64,000 nucleotides of DNA, taken from Rhina ancylostomus (taxonomy: Eukaryota). Below are positions 39,058 to 52,018 of the stretch, in pieces (position 1 is the first letter of the stretch; every line of letters begins with the position of its first letter). The stretch is taken from contig JARFYF010000056.1 in the NCBI GenBank assembly GCA_030265395.1, positions 17,134,107 to 17,198,106 of the forward strand, written 5' to 3'. Both the position numbers and the translations under genes were made by a program. The notes under the pieces were generated by a model. That model worked only from the letters and a program-made list of their open reading frames with translations. It did not search any database and had not been told where the DNA came from.

Positions 39058-39489
39058 GTCAGGAAACAAGAGATGTTTTGTATGGATCAAGTGATTTTTG
39101 CCAAGAGCAGCCTTGCTGTTAAAGCTAGAAAAATAATACTTAGTTGAAAATATTAACAACGGTTCAATGCAGGTTTGCTGTTCTCCCACACCACCTGCTG
39201 ATGCCCACTCTGTGAGAGTTTGAGTGGTCGGTAATGCTGCTGAGTCCTGTCCTGTTATTCGAGTGTTGTCTAATCATTCAGACTTTTTCTAAATGATAAA
39301 TAGGATGGTGATCAGAATTCAGATTTTTCCTGCTTCCATTCTTTTTTTTCTGCCCAGCCCATGACAATGCCTCCCACTCAACAATGATTAAGAGCAATTG
39401 TAGTAGCACAGTTACTACTTGGAATGGTTTGCCAATGAGCGCATAATTGGCAATATTGTTAATTCTAGGGAATAAAGCTTTAGACAGGA

Positions 39490-40140
39490 AGAAATCAGTG
39501 GACTGGTTGAGTGTGCACAAAAATGGCAAATAGAATTAAATCTGGAGGAATTTGAGGTGGGGGGGGGCGGAATAGGGGAAACCAGGTGAGAGAGTACATG
39601 ATAAAGAGCAAGATCCTGAAAATTTGTAGTGGAATAGAGAGGTCTAAAAATGCATGTCTAGTGATCCTGAAAGGACTCGGACAGTTAGATAAAAATATTA
39701 TGAAGGCATATGGGGATACATTGTCAAGATGTAGAACATGAAAGCATGGCAGAATTGTATAAGTCATTTGCATGGTATTTTAGCTGTGGCCTAGTATAAT
39801 TCTGGACATCAGAGGAAGGATGTGATAGCACTAGGGAGTATGTGGAGTAATTTAAGGATGCTGCATGAATAGAGGAATTATAGATAAAAAGGAGAGACCA
39901 ACTTGGCTAGAATTATTTTCACTTGGGGAAATAGATTTAAGTTAATTGAGGGAAAGATTAGAGGGAATTTGAAAAGTCATGCGAAGAAGGCAGGGTCTTG
40001 AACCATCTGTCAGAAAAGATGATGGAAGGAGACTCCCTCATAGCAATTAAAATGTACCTGGATAATAAGCTTGTAGAGCCTTAACCCAAGACTGAAAACT
40101 GTGGAGTGGGAGTAATCTGAAAAGTCCCATGTTCTGTTCT
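39490..40140 (+). mobile_element. Degenerate CR1 LINE 3' fragment
   Basis: tggcaaatagaattaaatctggagg...gaaggcatatgggga...aggaaggatgtgatagc parallels the element at 3770-4590. Confidence 0.6.
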
Positions 40141-41096
40141 GGCATAAATACTTTCAAATTGCTTCCTTTGATATTTCATAGAAATTTAAAACTGTGTTTA
40201 GCTATGTTTACATAACATGTTAATGACACCTTAATGGCCTTGATTATAAATTACTTTGTAAATGTTTTGCTCTAGAAATGTAATAGTATTTTGAAAATCT
40301 CCAACCTTTAACTGATGATATGGTTACTTAGAGGAGGTTTTTTTTTCAGCTCATGCTTGAACGATGCATTGAGACATGGGTGGTACTGTAATCAATGTTG
40401 AGGCCTCTCAGAGCTGCTACTTTAAACTTTTTTGTACCACTGATTACTGTACACTCTGGTGCGTCTGACCTGCTGATGGGATGGGATGTAACCAGGGATT
40501 ATGATGGGGAGGTTTTGCACATTGTATCTAAATTATGGCTCTGTGAATATACCTGTCAGGTGTTGCTTGACCAGATTTTGGGGCAACTTTTGTAATATAG
40601 ATATCAGTCCCAGATTTTTATGAAGGGGATTTTACACGGTCAGCTGGACTGGAAGTAATTTTACATTAATTGCACTTGGTGCCCAGGTTGACACTGAGTT
40701 GTCTGCCAAGTTTTATCTTTTTTGTGTTTTAAGGTATCAGTTATAATACAACTGAATGGCTTGCTAGATCATTTCAGAGGGTAGTCAGCCATATTACTAT
40801 GTGACAGAATCATTAAGGCTAGACTGGGCAGGGGTGACGGATTTCCTCCCATGGAAAGCATCGGTGAACCTGAGGGCTTGTGTCACAATCTGATTAATTT
40901 TTTATTTTCACTATGATTAAATGTTTTTAAACCTTAATTAGTGATCTGGAATTTAATTCCACAGCTCTTTGGATAGTTAGCTGAAACCTCTGGGTTGCTG
41001 TTTTGGTTCCACCATCATAATAGGAGAGGAAAGAAGGTACAATATTATTAAAGTTATTGTTTCATTAATGTGACCTTCATTTTTGTTGATACACAG

Positions 41097-41278
41097 GTAT
41101 TAAACTACGTGAGGCCAACCAGCAACAACAATTTAACCGAAATGTGGAAGATATTGAACTCTGGCTGTATGAAGTTGAAGGTCACCTTTCTTCAGATGAC
41201 TATGGAAAGGATCTGACTAGTGTACAGAATCTGCAGAAGAAGCATGCACTGCTGGAGGCTGATATTGCAGCACACCAG
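41097..41278 (+). CDS. SPTAN1: SPTAN1 exon 16
   Basis: acacag|(G)IKLREANQQQQFNRNVEDIELWLYEVEGHLSSDDYGKDLTSVQNLQKKHALLEADIAAHQ|gtatgg; 182 nt. Confidence 0.96.
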
Positions 41279-41729
41279 GTATGGAAATTTATATCTTTGA
41301 ATCTTTGAAATTGGATGGACTGAATTTGGAATTCAGTACATCCAATGTCAACTACTTGAAGATGTTGATTTCTTGCAGAAGTACAATTGCATTGGCACAG
41401 GATGTCATTTTGTTTTCTATCCAAGTGCCCAGTGTTCAAATCTAACTATAGTCGGTCTTGAATCTATTCCTTCTTGATGTCTATAATATGCATGTAGGTA
41501 TTGATAAATGGCAGCTGGAAATAGGAAACGTGGCTAATTTTATCTTCCAACTGCTGTTTTAGCACCCTACCTGATTCAAGGCTGAAACTGGTTAATTCGG
41601 TAGAGACCAGACATCAAACCAAGGACTTTCCTGGTTTGTGAGATTCATTTAGTCACACGATTTCACTGAGCTAAAAGAAGTTTAGCAAAGGCGCATCAAG
41701 GCTCAATAAGGTAGAGGAAAGTAGGCAAG

Positions 41730-42860
41730 GGAGTAACATAAAAACAGATGAAGTCCAATAGATTATAGAAAGGAAATGGCTTAATGTAGGTCACATACAT
41801 ACTGAAAAAGGAGAAATTATATTGGAAAACAAAGAAGTGGGAGAGAAATGAAACATACTTTATCTACGTTCACACACAGAGTTTCCAGAAATGGCACAGG
41901 AGTAACTGACTCGAGTTCCAGAGTAAATGAGGATGGGTCTGAAAGCTAAAAAGAATCCCCAAATATGATGACTTGCAATCGAGGGTTTTGAAGGTGTTGT
42001 CTTGGGAGGTGGTGGATTACTGATTGTTATTCCATTGATTCAAAAATAGTTCCCACAGGTTGAAAGGTAGTGAGTGGAAACTACCTTTCAGTTTAAGAAA
42101 GGGAGAAACTATGAAGTGATTGCCTGACATCAGTAGTAGTATGGAAAATACTGGAATCTATTATTAGGGAAGAGGTAACACGTGAAAGGGAAATCAGGAT
42201 TGACAAATATATTAGAATTTTTGAGGTTGTAACTGGCAGAATAGATAAGAGTGAACCAGTTGATATGTATTTGGTCTTTTAGAAGGCCTTTTGATAAGTT
42301 CCCTCACAGGTGATTATTAAACAAAATTAGAGCACATCATATTTGGCGCAGATACTTGTGTGGATTGTAGATTTGTGTCCATTAATGACATTATATAAAA
42401 GAGTAGTTATAATCTTGGGAAATGAGGTAAAGTATGAGGAGCCAAATGGCCTGGTCCTGCTCCAATTTCTTATATTCTTAAGTGCACTATTTTGGCATTA
42501 TTTGCTTCTAGCAAATAATGTGATTCACTTTTAAAAGCAGCTGGAACTCATTTAAAAAAAATAATTGGGCTTTCTGCTTTTTTTCTGCCAAATAGTAGAT
42601 AACTTGCATTTGTCCACATTATATTCCACCTGTCATGTTCTTCCTCTTTCATTTAATCTGTGTCTATCCCCCTTCACGATTCTCCATGTTCCAAAGAATG
42701 TGGAGGATCTTGGGAATTCGCTAGTGGAGGGGGCTGTGGGGGGTAAGTTACTGATTATGTTCAAGGCTGGTCAAGAGGGGTTAGTATAGGAAAATGACAG
42801 AGTTGTAAAAATCAGCCATGGTCTTACTGAATGACAGAGGAAGCACAAGGAGCTGTAAGG
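41730..42860 (+). mobile_element. Cluster of CR1 fragments
   Basis: attattattggaaaacaaagaa...; gtatttggtcttttagaaggccttttgataagttccctcac (decayed YLDFQKAFDKVPH); CR1 tail aatggcctggtcctgctcc. Confidence 0.6.
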
Positions 42861-43896
42861 TTTCCTGTGAGTTCATTTCTCATATCTGGTTTCTATAGAA
42901 TGTCACTATCAATTGCAGATTTGCAAGTGTTCAAATTTGTTCTTAACAACCCATGTTTTGTAAATCCTTTTGAGGCAAAAATTCTTTGCAACAAAACCTT
43001 TAGTTAAATTGCACTTATGGAAGCCTATTCAAATCCATTTATCTCCATATTTAACCACTGCAAATTTTTGAGCAGATGTTCCCATAAACTATTTAATTAT
43101 TAACATCTCGATTATTGGGTCCCATTCAGCTAGACTTCTAGAACCACTCCCTTTCAGAGCATTCCTGTATTAATTTGGTTAGGGAATTGACTTTTCGATC
43201 TCTGTCAACCCTGGCTGTGAAACTGGATTGTAACTGACCTTTTTTTTCCTCTGCATGTTATTTTCTTTGGGGAATTGTCTCCTCTCAGTAACACCAGACT
43301 TGGAATTTTTTTAAAAGTGTGAACAGTATCTGTGCTGTACTAGAGTGTTGCGTGGAAGTAATAAGTCCAGTTTCATTAGACTGTTTAAAAAAAAATCAGC
43401 AGATTTAATCTAGGTTCCACCTGCTTTTAAAAATGAATTGCATTATCCTCTTGGTAGTGCATAATATCTAAAGAAATGGCGAACTTAACATAAATTGAAG
43501 TAGGTGTTGGCCATTTTGCCCCTTGTCCTAGTTCCTCCTTTTATAAGATTATGATGGATCTTTATGTCAGCACCTCTTTCCTGCACTGTACTGCTGTTGT
43601 TGATGGGACCAACCAAATTTTGTGATAACTTCAGTTTGCTATTCAAACCATTAGATGCAATCATTCTGTGGGGAAAGTCGTTTTCAATTACAAGACAAAG
43701 TATCATCGGGCTTGGCTTTTAGTAGGGGTTCCATTTGAATTGACTGAGCCAACAGTGAAAGTAAAAAGATCATATGCCACCATTCAATTTCATTTAGTAA
43801 TTTCCACTCATTAACCTTTGCTGCAAATGCTTTAAGTTGCAGATGGTGTTCAAAGCAAGAATAAAACCAATTTTATTCACTTTGTTTTGCTTGAAG

Positions 43897-44140
43897 GACC
43901 GTATTGATGGGATTAATATCCAAGCTCGTCAGTTCCAAGAAGCTGGACATTTTGATGCTGACAACATCAAGAAAAAGCAAGAAACTTTGGTTGGTCGTTA
44001 TGAGGCATTGAAAGACCCAATGGTGTCCCGTAAACAGAAACTTGCTGACTCTCTTAGACTTCAACAGCTTTTCCGTGACATCGAAGATGAAGAAACATGG
44101 ATTCGAGAAAAGGAACCAATTGCTGCTTCCACCAACAGAG
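43897..44140 (+). CDS. SPTAN1: SPTAN1 exon 17
   Basis: ttgaag|DRIDGINIQARQFQEAGHFDADNIKKKQE...EKEPIAASTNR(G)|gtcagg; 244 nt. Confidence 0.96.
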
Positions 44141-45059
44141 GTCAGGCCAATTTGGCATGTTTGAGGATGTCATTTTTTGGATATTAATTTATATTTTCTC
44201 TATGAATACTGTCCTTCAAAACAGGAAGAGGAGGCTATTCTGCCTCCTGAGCTTGTTTCCCCTCGTAAGTTAGATCATGGAATAATTTAAAACCACTCCT
44301 CTAAAGACATCTGTTTGAATCCCACGAGGCAAGCTGGGGAATTAAAGTCATAAATCTGGAATTTTAAAAATGCCTAGTAACAATAATTGGATTGACTTTA
44401 AAAAAAATAAGCATCTGGTTCACGAATATCCTTCAGGGAAGTGTGGTGCCTATCCCTTTGCAATTAGACTCAAGTGATTTCGACTCAGCACTGTGATTGA
44501 CTCTTAACTACTTCTTCAGGTCAGGGACCATTGGGGATGGGTATGTTGTCAGTTATATTTATATTTTGTGAACAAATTTTTAAAAAAATTCTTCTTATTC
44601 ATTTTCACCTCATTTGTTGATCCAGATAACATTCTGATGCTCTTTTAATTTCTTGCAAGCGTGCCTAATTATGCTGTGGTGTCTTGCCCAATCCTGTCCT
44701 CAGTGCCCCTGAGTTAAAGGAGGAAATATGGGGCAGGCCTAGTTTTGCATCTTGTAGTAATAACCTCCTGTCCCATTCTCATCCCACTTCCTCCCCGCAA
44801 AACCACCACCACCATTGAAGATAGTTGTTTCAGCATAACTGATTAACTTGGCCTTGATGTCTTGTGTCTAGACCATCCTCTAAAATATTTATAGATTTCT
44901 TGTGCATATGGGATTGCTTGTTTCAAGTACTAGGACTTTGTATGTATTTAGGCAGGTTTCCAAACATTAGACTTTATAAAATTTGCTGCGTATAGATTTT
45001 AACAGACAGCATTTTTGGGAAAGATGGTTGATACTCATTTTTTAAACCTTGTGTTCCAG

Positions 45060-45182
45060 GAAAGGATTTGATTGGTGTACAGAATTTGCTTAAAAAGCAC
45101 CAGGCTCTCCAAGCAGAGATTTCTGGTCATGAACCACGTATTAAAGCAGTGGCTCAGAAAGGTCAAGCCATGGTTGAAGATG
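45060..45182 (+). CDS. SPTAN1: SPTAN1 exon 18
   Basis: ttccag|(G)KDLIGVQNLLKKHQALQAEISGHEPRIKAVAQKGQAMVED(G)|gtaggt; 123 nt. Confidence 0.96.
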
Positions 45183-46014
45183 GTAGGTGTTTATTTGAAT
45201 AAAATATTGTAATTGCTTTTGATTGGTCACATCTTTTACCAACAAGTTTATGGAAGTCCAAGTTTGTGCAGATTTTCCTAATTCTATAGGGTATAGCAAT
45301 CAACTTGAATTGTGTATATTCATAATGTGACAGTCTGATGAAGGGATTCAAGCTATGTACTGACTGTGGGAGTCAGTGGTGGGGAGGGGGGTCAAGCAAT
45401 CAGGAGTAAGTGTAAATTTCCATCTTATTGGTGCAGCTTGCCCCTGGGACTATCCCATCATCAAGCATGATAATGCAGCAGTTAGTGCTGCTGCTTCACT
45501 ACTCCTGTGGATTTGTATGTTAATCCCATACTGTGGTTTTCTCCCACACCTCAGATACTGTAATTGTCACTTGATGTAGGTAAAAGACAAATGAATCAAA
45601 AGGGATGATGTACATTTTAGAGGGAAATGCAGTAAGGGCTATTGAGAAATGGGAGGTGGAAATGGAACTGATGGGAGAGAGAAGTGAGTCGGTTACATAG
45701 TTATGTTGTTAGTCCTTAGTTAAAATGGTGCCACTTGAAACAATTTTCATGATTTTATTTTGAGAATTGGGTTATATTGTGTGCCTCCCCGAATGTGTTT
45801 TAGACTTTCTTTCTTCCCTACGCCCCTCCCCTTTTTTTTATATGGTCCATAGTAATTTTGAATTGTGGAAGTTGTTCAGGAAAAGGTTAATGTTATGAGA
45901 AAGGGTTCGCAACTGATGCAGGGAATTTGAATAAAAGTTGCCGTACCAAATATGCAAGTAACTTGTTTCATTTGTGAAATTTCTACACAAGCTTTGTGTT
46001 TAATTCTTTCTCAG

Positions 46015-46232
46015 GTCACTTTGCCAGTGAAGATGTGAAAACCAAATTAAATGACTTAAATCAAAAATGGGATTCCTTAAAAGCTAAGGCGGCACAGAGA
46101 CGCCAGGATTTGGAAGATTCACTGCAGGCTCAGCAGTACTTTGCTGATGCTAATGAGGCAGAGTCCTGGATGAGGGAGAAAGAGCCTGTTGTTGGCAGCA
46201 TTGACTATGGAAAAGATGAAGATTCTGCTGAA
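46015..46232 (+). CDS. SPTAN1: SPTAN1 exon 19
   Basis: tctcag|(G)HFASEDVKTKLNDLNQKWDSLKAK...DYGKDEDSAE|gtatgg; 218 nt. Confidence 0.96.
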
Positions 46233-46339
46233 GTATGGCTCTTTGATTCTACAAATAAAGATTGTCATGCACGCTCCTTGGATCCACAAAGCTGGGGGGT
46301 TGGGGTGGAATGTGCATTGTGTAAAGGACGCAAAGGACC

Positions 46340-47130
46340 CTAAAGTGGTTTGGCCAGTTGGATGAGCGGGCAAATGCATGGCATATTGAGTGTAGTGTAG
46401 ATAAATATGAGCTTATCCACTTTGATTATAAAACCAGGAAGACATTATTATCTGAATGATGATAGATCGAGAAAAGAGCAAGTGCAACAAGATCTTGGAT
46501 ATCCTTGTACCTGGATGCTGAAAGCAAAGGTTCAGATACAGTAGGCAATTAGGAAGGCATATACTACAGTAGCCATCATTTCAAGATGATTCAACTACAG
46601 GCAAGGATATAGTGTTGTGTCTGCACAGGGTCTTGAGGAGACCTTGTACAGCTGCAGCAAAAGTTGTGTGTGTGCAGATTTGGACTTTTTAATGTGAAGA
46701 AGGATGTCCTTGCCATGGAGGGATGCAACAGAAGTTTACTAGACTGATTCCTAGGATGATAGGACTGACATATGAGAAAAGATTGGGTTGATTAGGCCTA
46801 TATTCACTGGAGTTTAGAAGAGTGGGAGATCTCGTAGACTAATGATATATAGGGGAGATATTTTTGATAACTTAAGTGTGCAGAATTAGGTCACATGGTC
46901 ACTTGGTACATAGTATGCAATTTAGAACTTGGATTAGAAGAAATACCTTCACCCAGAGAGTTGCAAACCTGTGAATTCTTTATTACAGAAGACGGTGGAA
47001 GTTAAGTCATTAAATGTATTTAAGGTGGAGCTAGATATATTTCTTCATGCTAAAGAGAAAAAGGAACATGATGAATAGGATACTGAGATGGATGATAAGC
47101 CATACTGGCCTCTTCCTGCTCTTTATTTCA
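46340..47130 (+). mobile_element. CR1 LINE 3' fragment
   Basis: gcaaatgcatggcat...ttatccactttg...aggcctatattcactggagtttagaag...ttcacccagagagttg; CR1 tail ggcctcttcctgctc. Confidence 0.75.
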
Positions 47131-47869
47131 TACGTATCTGTAACTTGGTGTGAAACAATTTTCTATTTCTGTTCTTTTCATCAAATCTGTATTGTAGATT
47201 ATATTGCCTTAAAAAAATAAATGTTCACTGAAGGTGAACTGCACTGGCAAGTCCAGCATTTATTGACCATGCTTAATCACCTGCTTGATAAGAAAAATTT
47301 AGTAGAACACCTTCCAGGGAGAGTTGAGAGTATGGATCTGGAGCTAAAGGCTAGATCTTTTTGGATGAGTAGTGTCAGCTGAGAAAATGGGAAGTTAAAA
47401 TTGGGAGAGATGTAAAATGCATAACTGATCCATAATCACTGTCGTCCAAGATCAAAGTTGTCTCTGCTGTAGTACATTTCCAACAGTGTCAGTGCTTCAC
47501 TAGGATGACATTGCCTCTTATGCAGGCAGTTCAGTTTCAGGCAGCATTAGAAACAAATCTGAGACTTTTTAACTAAAAGCCACATGAATGTCTCCAACAG
47601 AATTTCTGTGTAATGATCAGGAATGAGAAAACCATCTGTTCTTCATTTCATAACCAAATTGGCACCTGCTTGGCCCCTACCATTGTGCCCTGAATAGAGG
47701 AACTAACTTATTGTAATTGAGAATTAGACTGGTGAAATGTTGTGAAGGCCTCATTTAATTGTTTGTTAAAATGGATGAGAAATGTCACTCTCAATCATTA
47801 TCCTATTTCTCCAGTGCATGCACTGAATTTTTTGTTTAGATGGAACTAAATAAATATTTTTTGTTCTAG

Positions 47870-47962
47870 GCCCTATTGAAGAAGCATGAAGCTTTGATGT
47901 CTGATCTAATTGCATATGGAAGCAGCATTCAGGCATTGAAGGAGCAGGCTCAAGGATGTCGT
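47870..47962 (+). CDS. SPTAN1: SPTAN1 exon 20
   Basis: ttctag|ALLKKHEALMSDLIAYGSSIQALKEQAQGCR|gtaagg; 93 nt. Confidence 0.96.
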
Positions 47963-48037
47963 GTAAGGAATTCTAAACTTTTAACCATATTGAACAAATT
48001 CTGTTGCATACTAAAGCCACAATAAAAAATACTTGTT

Positions 48038-48650
48038 AAACATAAGAACGCAAGGAATCGGAGCGGAAGTAGGCCATCCGGCCCATTGAGCCTTCCCTGC
48101 CATTCGATAAGATCATGGCTGATCTGACCTTGAACTAGGATCCACCTACCTGCCTTTTCCCCATGACCCTTAATTCTCCTACTGTGCAAAAATCTATCTA
48201 ACTGTGGCTTAAATATATTTAATGAGGTAGCCTCTATTGCTTCCCTGGGAAGAGAATTCCACAGATTCACTATTTTCTGGGAAAAGCAGTTTCTCCTCAT
48301 CTCTGTCCTAAATTTATTTCCCTGAATCTTGAGTCTATGTCTCCTAGTTCTAGTCTCACCTACCAGTGAAAACAACCTTCCTGCATCTATTTTATTTATC
48401 CCTTTCATAATTTTATATGTTTCTATAAGATCCTCTGTCCTGAATTCCATTGAATATAGTCCTAGGCAACTCAATCTCTCCTCATAGGCTAACCCCCCCC
48501 ATCTCCGAAATCAACCTGGTGAACCTCCTCTGCATCGCCTCAAAGCCAGTATATCTATCTTCAAGGAAACTAGAACTGCACACAGTGCTCCAGATGTGGC
48601 CTCACTGGTACCCTGTACAGTTGCAGCATAACTTCCCTACTCTTAAGTTC
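48038..48650 (-). mobile_element. Well-preserved CR1 LINE 3' end
   Basis: Minus ORF GLYSMEFR..DLIETYKIMKG...FSQKIVNLWNSLPREAIEATSLNIFKPQLDRFL is a CR1 ORF2 C-terminus, followed by its 3' tail. Confidence 0.9.
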
Positions 48651-48724
48651 AAAAGCAAGCTGGAAGACCTTTAGCCACTAATTTACTTCAGTTATTAATA
48701 AATATATGCCCCATGGTGGATTAG

Positions 48725-48931
<207 letters not shown>

Positions 48932-49544
48932 TGATAGGAACTTGTATGGTGGTATTTTCATCTGCTGCATTCACATAAAGAAACAATATAAGCAAATTCA
49001 TCTTTCATTACCTAGAGTGTGTGATTGGTGGAGGAAGAGATTTATAAGATATCTTTATTAGTCACATGTACATCAAAACACACAGTGAAATGCATCTTTT
49101 GCGTAGAATGTTCTGGGGGCAGCCTGCTAAGTGATTTGCTAGGCAATGCACTTCTGTTTTCTCAGTATCTTATTTAATTGCATTATCAGTTGATAATAGC
49201 AAGCATATCACATTCAGCTTTAACTAAAAGCAGAAGATTTAACTACTTTGTCTTTGGAAACTAGCTCTGAAGTCTTTAATGCGCTAAGGAAATGGCATTG
49301 TATTTTCAATTTGCAGTTGTGGTATTAAAAAGGCACTTGGGGCAATGATGCATTCTATAGTGAATTTTGTAATGAATATGGGTCTACTTTATTCAGACAT
49401 GCGTGACCTTGTTATGGGTAAAACTATGTCCTATCTACAATAGGCAGGGCCTGTAAAAGCCAGTTTGACTAAGAATCACTTCCTTCAGGGCTAGGGTACC
49501 TTAATGTACAGCTGCTGATGTTTGCCCTTGATTTTATTATGAAG

Positions 49545-49693
49545 GATTGGTGGAAAGTGGAAGTGAATGATCGTCAGGGGTTTGTTCCTGCTGCCTACGT
49601 TAAGAAATTGGACCCAGCGCAAAGTGCATCACGTGAGAATTTGCTGGAGGATTCAAGCAGTATTGCAATACGTCAGGAACAGATAGAAAACCA
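49545..49693 (+). CDS. SPTAN1: SPTAN1 exon 22 (SH3 domain, C-half)
   Basis: atgaag|[49 protein letters not shown](Q)|gtaagt; 149 nt. Confidence 0.97.
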
Positions 49694-51958
49694 GTAAGTA
49701 ACTAAACCTGCTGTTCTAACACCAGTCTATTTTTTTTTTTGGAGAAGCAGCAATTCAGTACTGAGCACTATGCATTTTGGTGGTTAGATTTAGTACTTCT
49801 GTTTTGTGTTGGTGATTTGCCAGACCTTTGTTAGTAGTGGCTGCTGTTTATTCTTTTGGAGTGGTATGCATCTTGTGTTTTATTTTATATATAGGAAGAA
49901 TTGGTTGAGATTGGCAAATTTTGAGTGTGATGGCTGGTATGAAAATTGTGCAGGACTTTGGGGGAAGAGCAGGAGAACGATCCTAATGTGGTAGCTCTTT
50001 CAAAAAAACCTGGCACAGACTTAATGAGCCAAATGGTCTTTCTTTTTGTGCTGAATGATTGATGATATAGTATCTTTGCATCATTCCTGTGCATTTTATT
50101 TTTTTCATGTCAATCCTTTCCATACTTGCATAAAGTTAATGACCTGTAATGAGTTATACGAGTTGAATTTTAAGGGTGCGTGCATGTAGGATGTAGTGCA
50201 AGTGGCCACTTCTGTGTATTAATTGAACTGTGTGTCACCCCCAAACAACTGTTATTGCACCAAATGCTGATCATAAACATCAATGAATTTCTGGCATGAC
50301 ATGACTTAAGATCTGTTGGTTCTCTCGTGTTACCAATTTCTTGATGTTCCTCAGTACAGTCTGATTCCATTGGTTATTGGTTTAATGATTTCAGACTTAA
50401 TATTAAATTATCAGCAAAAGATACTTTTCAGGCTGTGCCTGCTGACCAATTCAGACTTTTGTTGCAATTAATTCAATGGGTTATCCCTAACAGTATTTTA
50501 ATTATCTCCCAAAAACACCCATTTGCCATGATAGCAAGCCTTGTATTTTTTTAAAAAGATCTGTATGAGTCTTGGTATACTCAATGCTGTTATAACTAAA
50601 TTTACAGCAAATTATATGCAATGCCTTTTGCCCAACACAATGACACATTTTGATGATACAGTATGATTGATTAGTGTATAGAAAATGCAATGAAGAAAGA
50701 TTAAAGGGGCTCAAAAGGAATATGAAATAAAAGTTGCATATGAACAGCTGAAGAAAGTGACACGGAGAATCTGACAGTAAAACATGAGATACTAAATGAC
50801 TAACTTACCTTGGCTATCACATGTTTCAACACACGTGATAATGTCAGGCATAGTTAAATGTAACCATAACGGAGTAGTATTGAAAAAGTTAGTGATATGT
50901 GTATGCAGTATAATCCTATGCATCCTGATATGCTGAGTGAAACCAGAGAAAAAGAATTGATTTTGAGCATCTTTGTCAAAAATGCTTGTATGTGGAATTT
51001 GTGTTCAACCACCTACATTCCCTCAATAGGTAAGATGGAATTACATTGGATAGCACTCATTGGTAGTGGTGAAGCTTAAGGTAACCCTGATATAGGATAA
51101 TATTGTCAACAAGAGACTAGAAAAATGTAGGATTCTTTTCATTCAAATAGAGTTCTGGTAAGAGTGCTCAAAGTTGCGAAAGGTTTCAATAAGGTAAATT
51201 GGAGAAAAACTAGTTCCATTAACTGACAAGGGGTCATGATCAAAAGAACAAAGGGAGGGTGATTGGAGATGGGATGCCCTGAAACAGTTTTCAAAATAAA
51301 CTGTTACAGTAACTGTGAAAAGGGAAATGGATTAATATTCAAAAAAATACAAGTTTTACTTGACAAGCATAGGCCAGAAATCTGGTTCATGTACAAAGGG
51401 CTGATGCCTCATCTTGTGCTATTTAAAAAAAAATTTCTGATGCTTGATGCAAATATACTGCTTGCATTAAATATCTAACTCTCATTTCTGTACAATTTCT
51501 CTCTATAGCTTTTCCAGGTTTGAAGAATATGCAGGCCACCATCAGTGTAGCTTCCAGATCATTTCAGATTCACTGAATGTCTAATTTGATTTAGTGTGCT
51601 GCAAGGTTCAACCTAATTGGCTAGAAGGAAGCACTTTGACAGTGCCTGCCAACTGGTATTAATTCAGTTCAGAGAGAGAGAAATGATGAATTCTTGATGC
51701 AAATTGCATGAGTGTTTAATGGTTTCTTTATAGGTTCTTAAAAAACTTTTTTTTTTGCTGGCTAGATCAGTTGCTTGTAACTAATCAAACCTCAGTCATT
51801 ATCTGCTGCTTGTCTGCTTGCACCTATTGATCTTGAATCTTCCCTAGATCCTTGCTGATTCTTACCATGTACTACTAATTTTCCTTTCTTCAACAGTTGC
51901 TTTAAGCCGTTAATCCACTAATGATGCATGCTGTGCTCTGCTCCCTTTGTCTGTCCAG

Positions 51959-52018
51959 GGCTCTGCTAGCTAAGGAGGTTGGCAGCGTTGTGCTCCGTAT
52001 GAAGCAGGTGGAGGAATT
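51959..52018 (+). CDS. SPTAN1: SPTAN1 exon 23, 60-nt alternative SH3-insert exon
   Basis: gtccag|G...TT|gtgagt; ALLAKEVGSVVLRMKQVEE(L), cf. human TRITKEAGSVSLRMKQVEEL; symmetric phase 2-2. Confidence 0.92.

Noticed and set aside
47950-48474. 174-aa antisense ORF as a nested gene
   Set aside because: It is the ORF2 C-terminus of a truncated CR1
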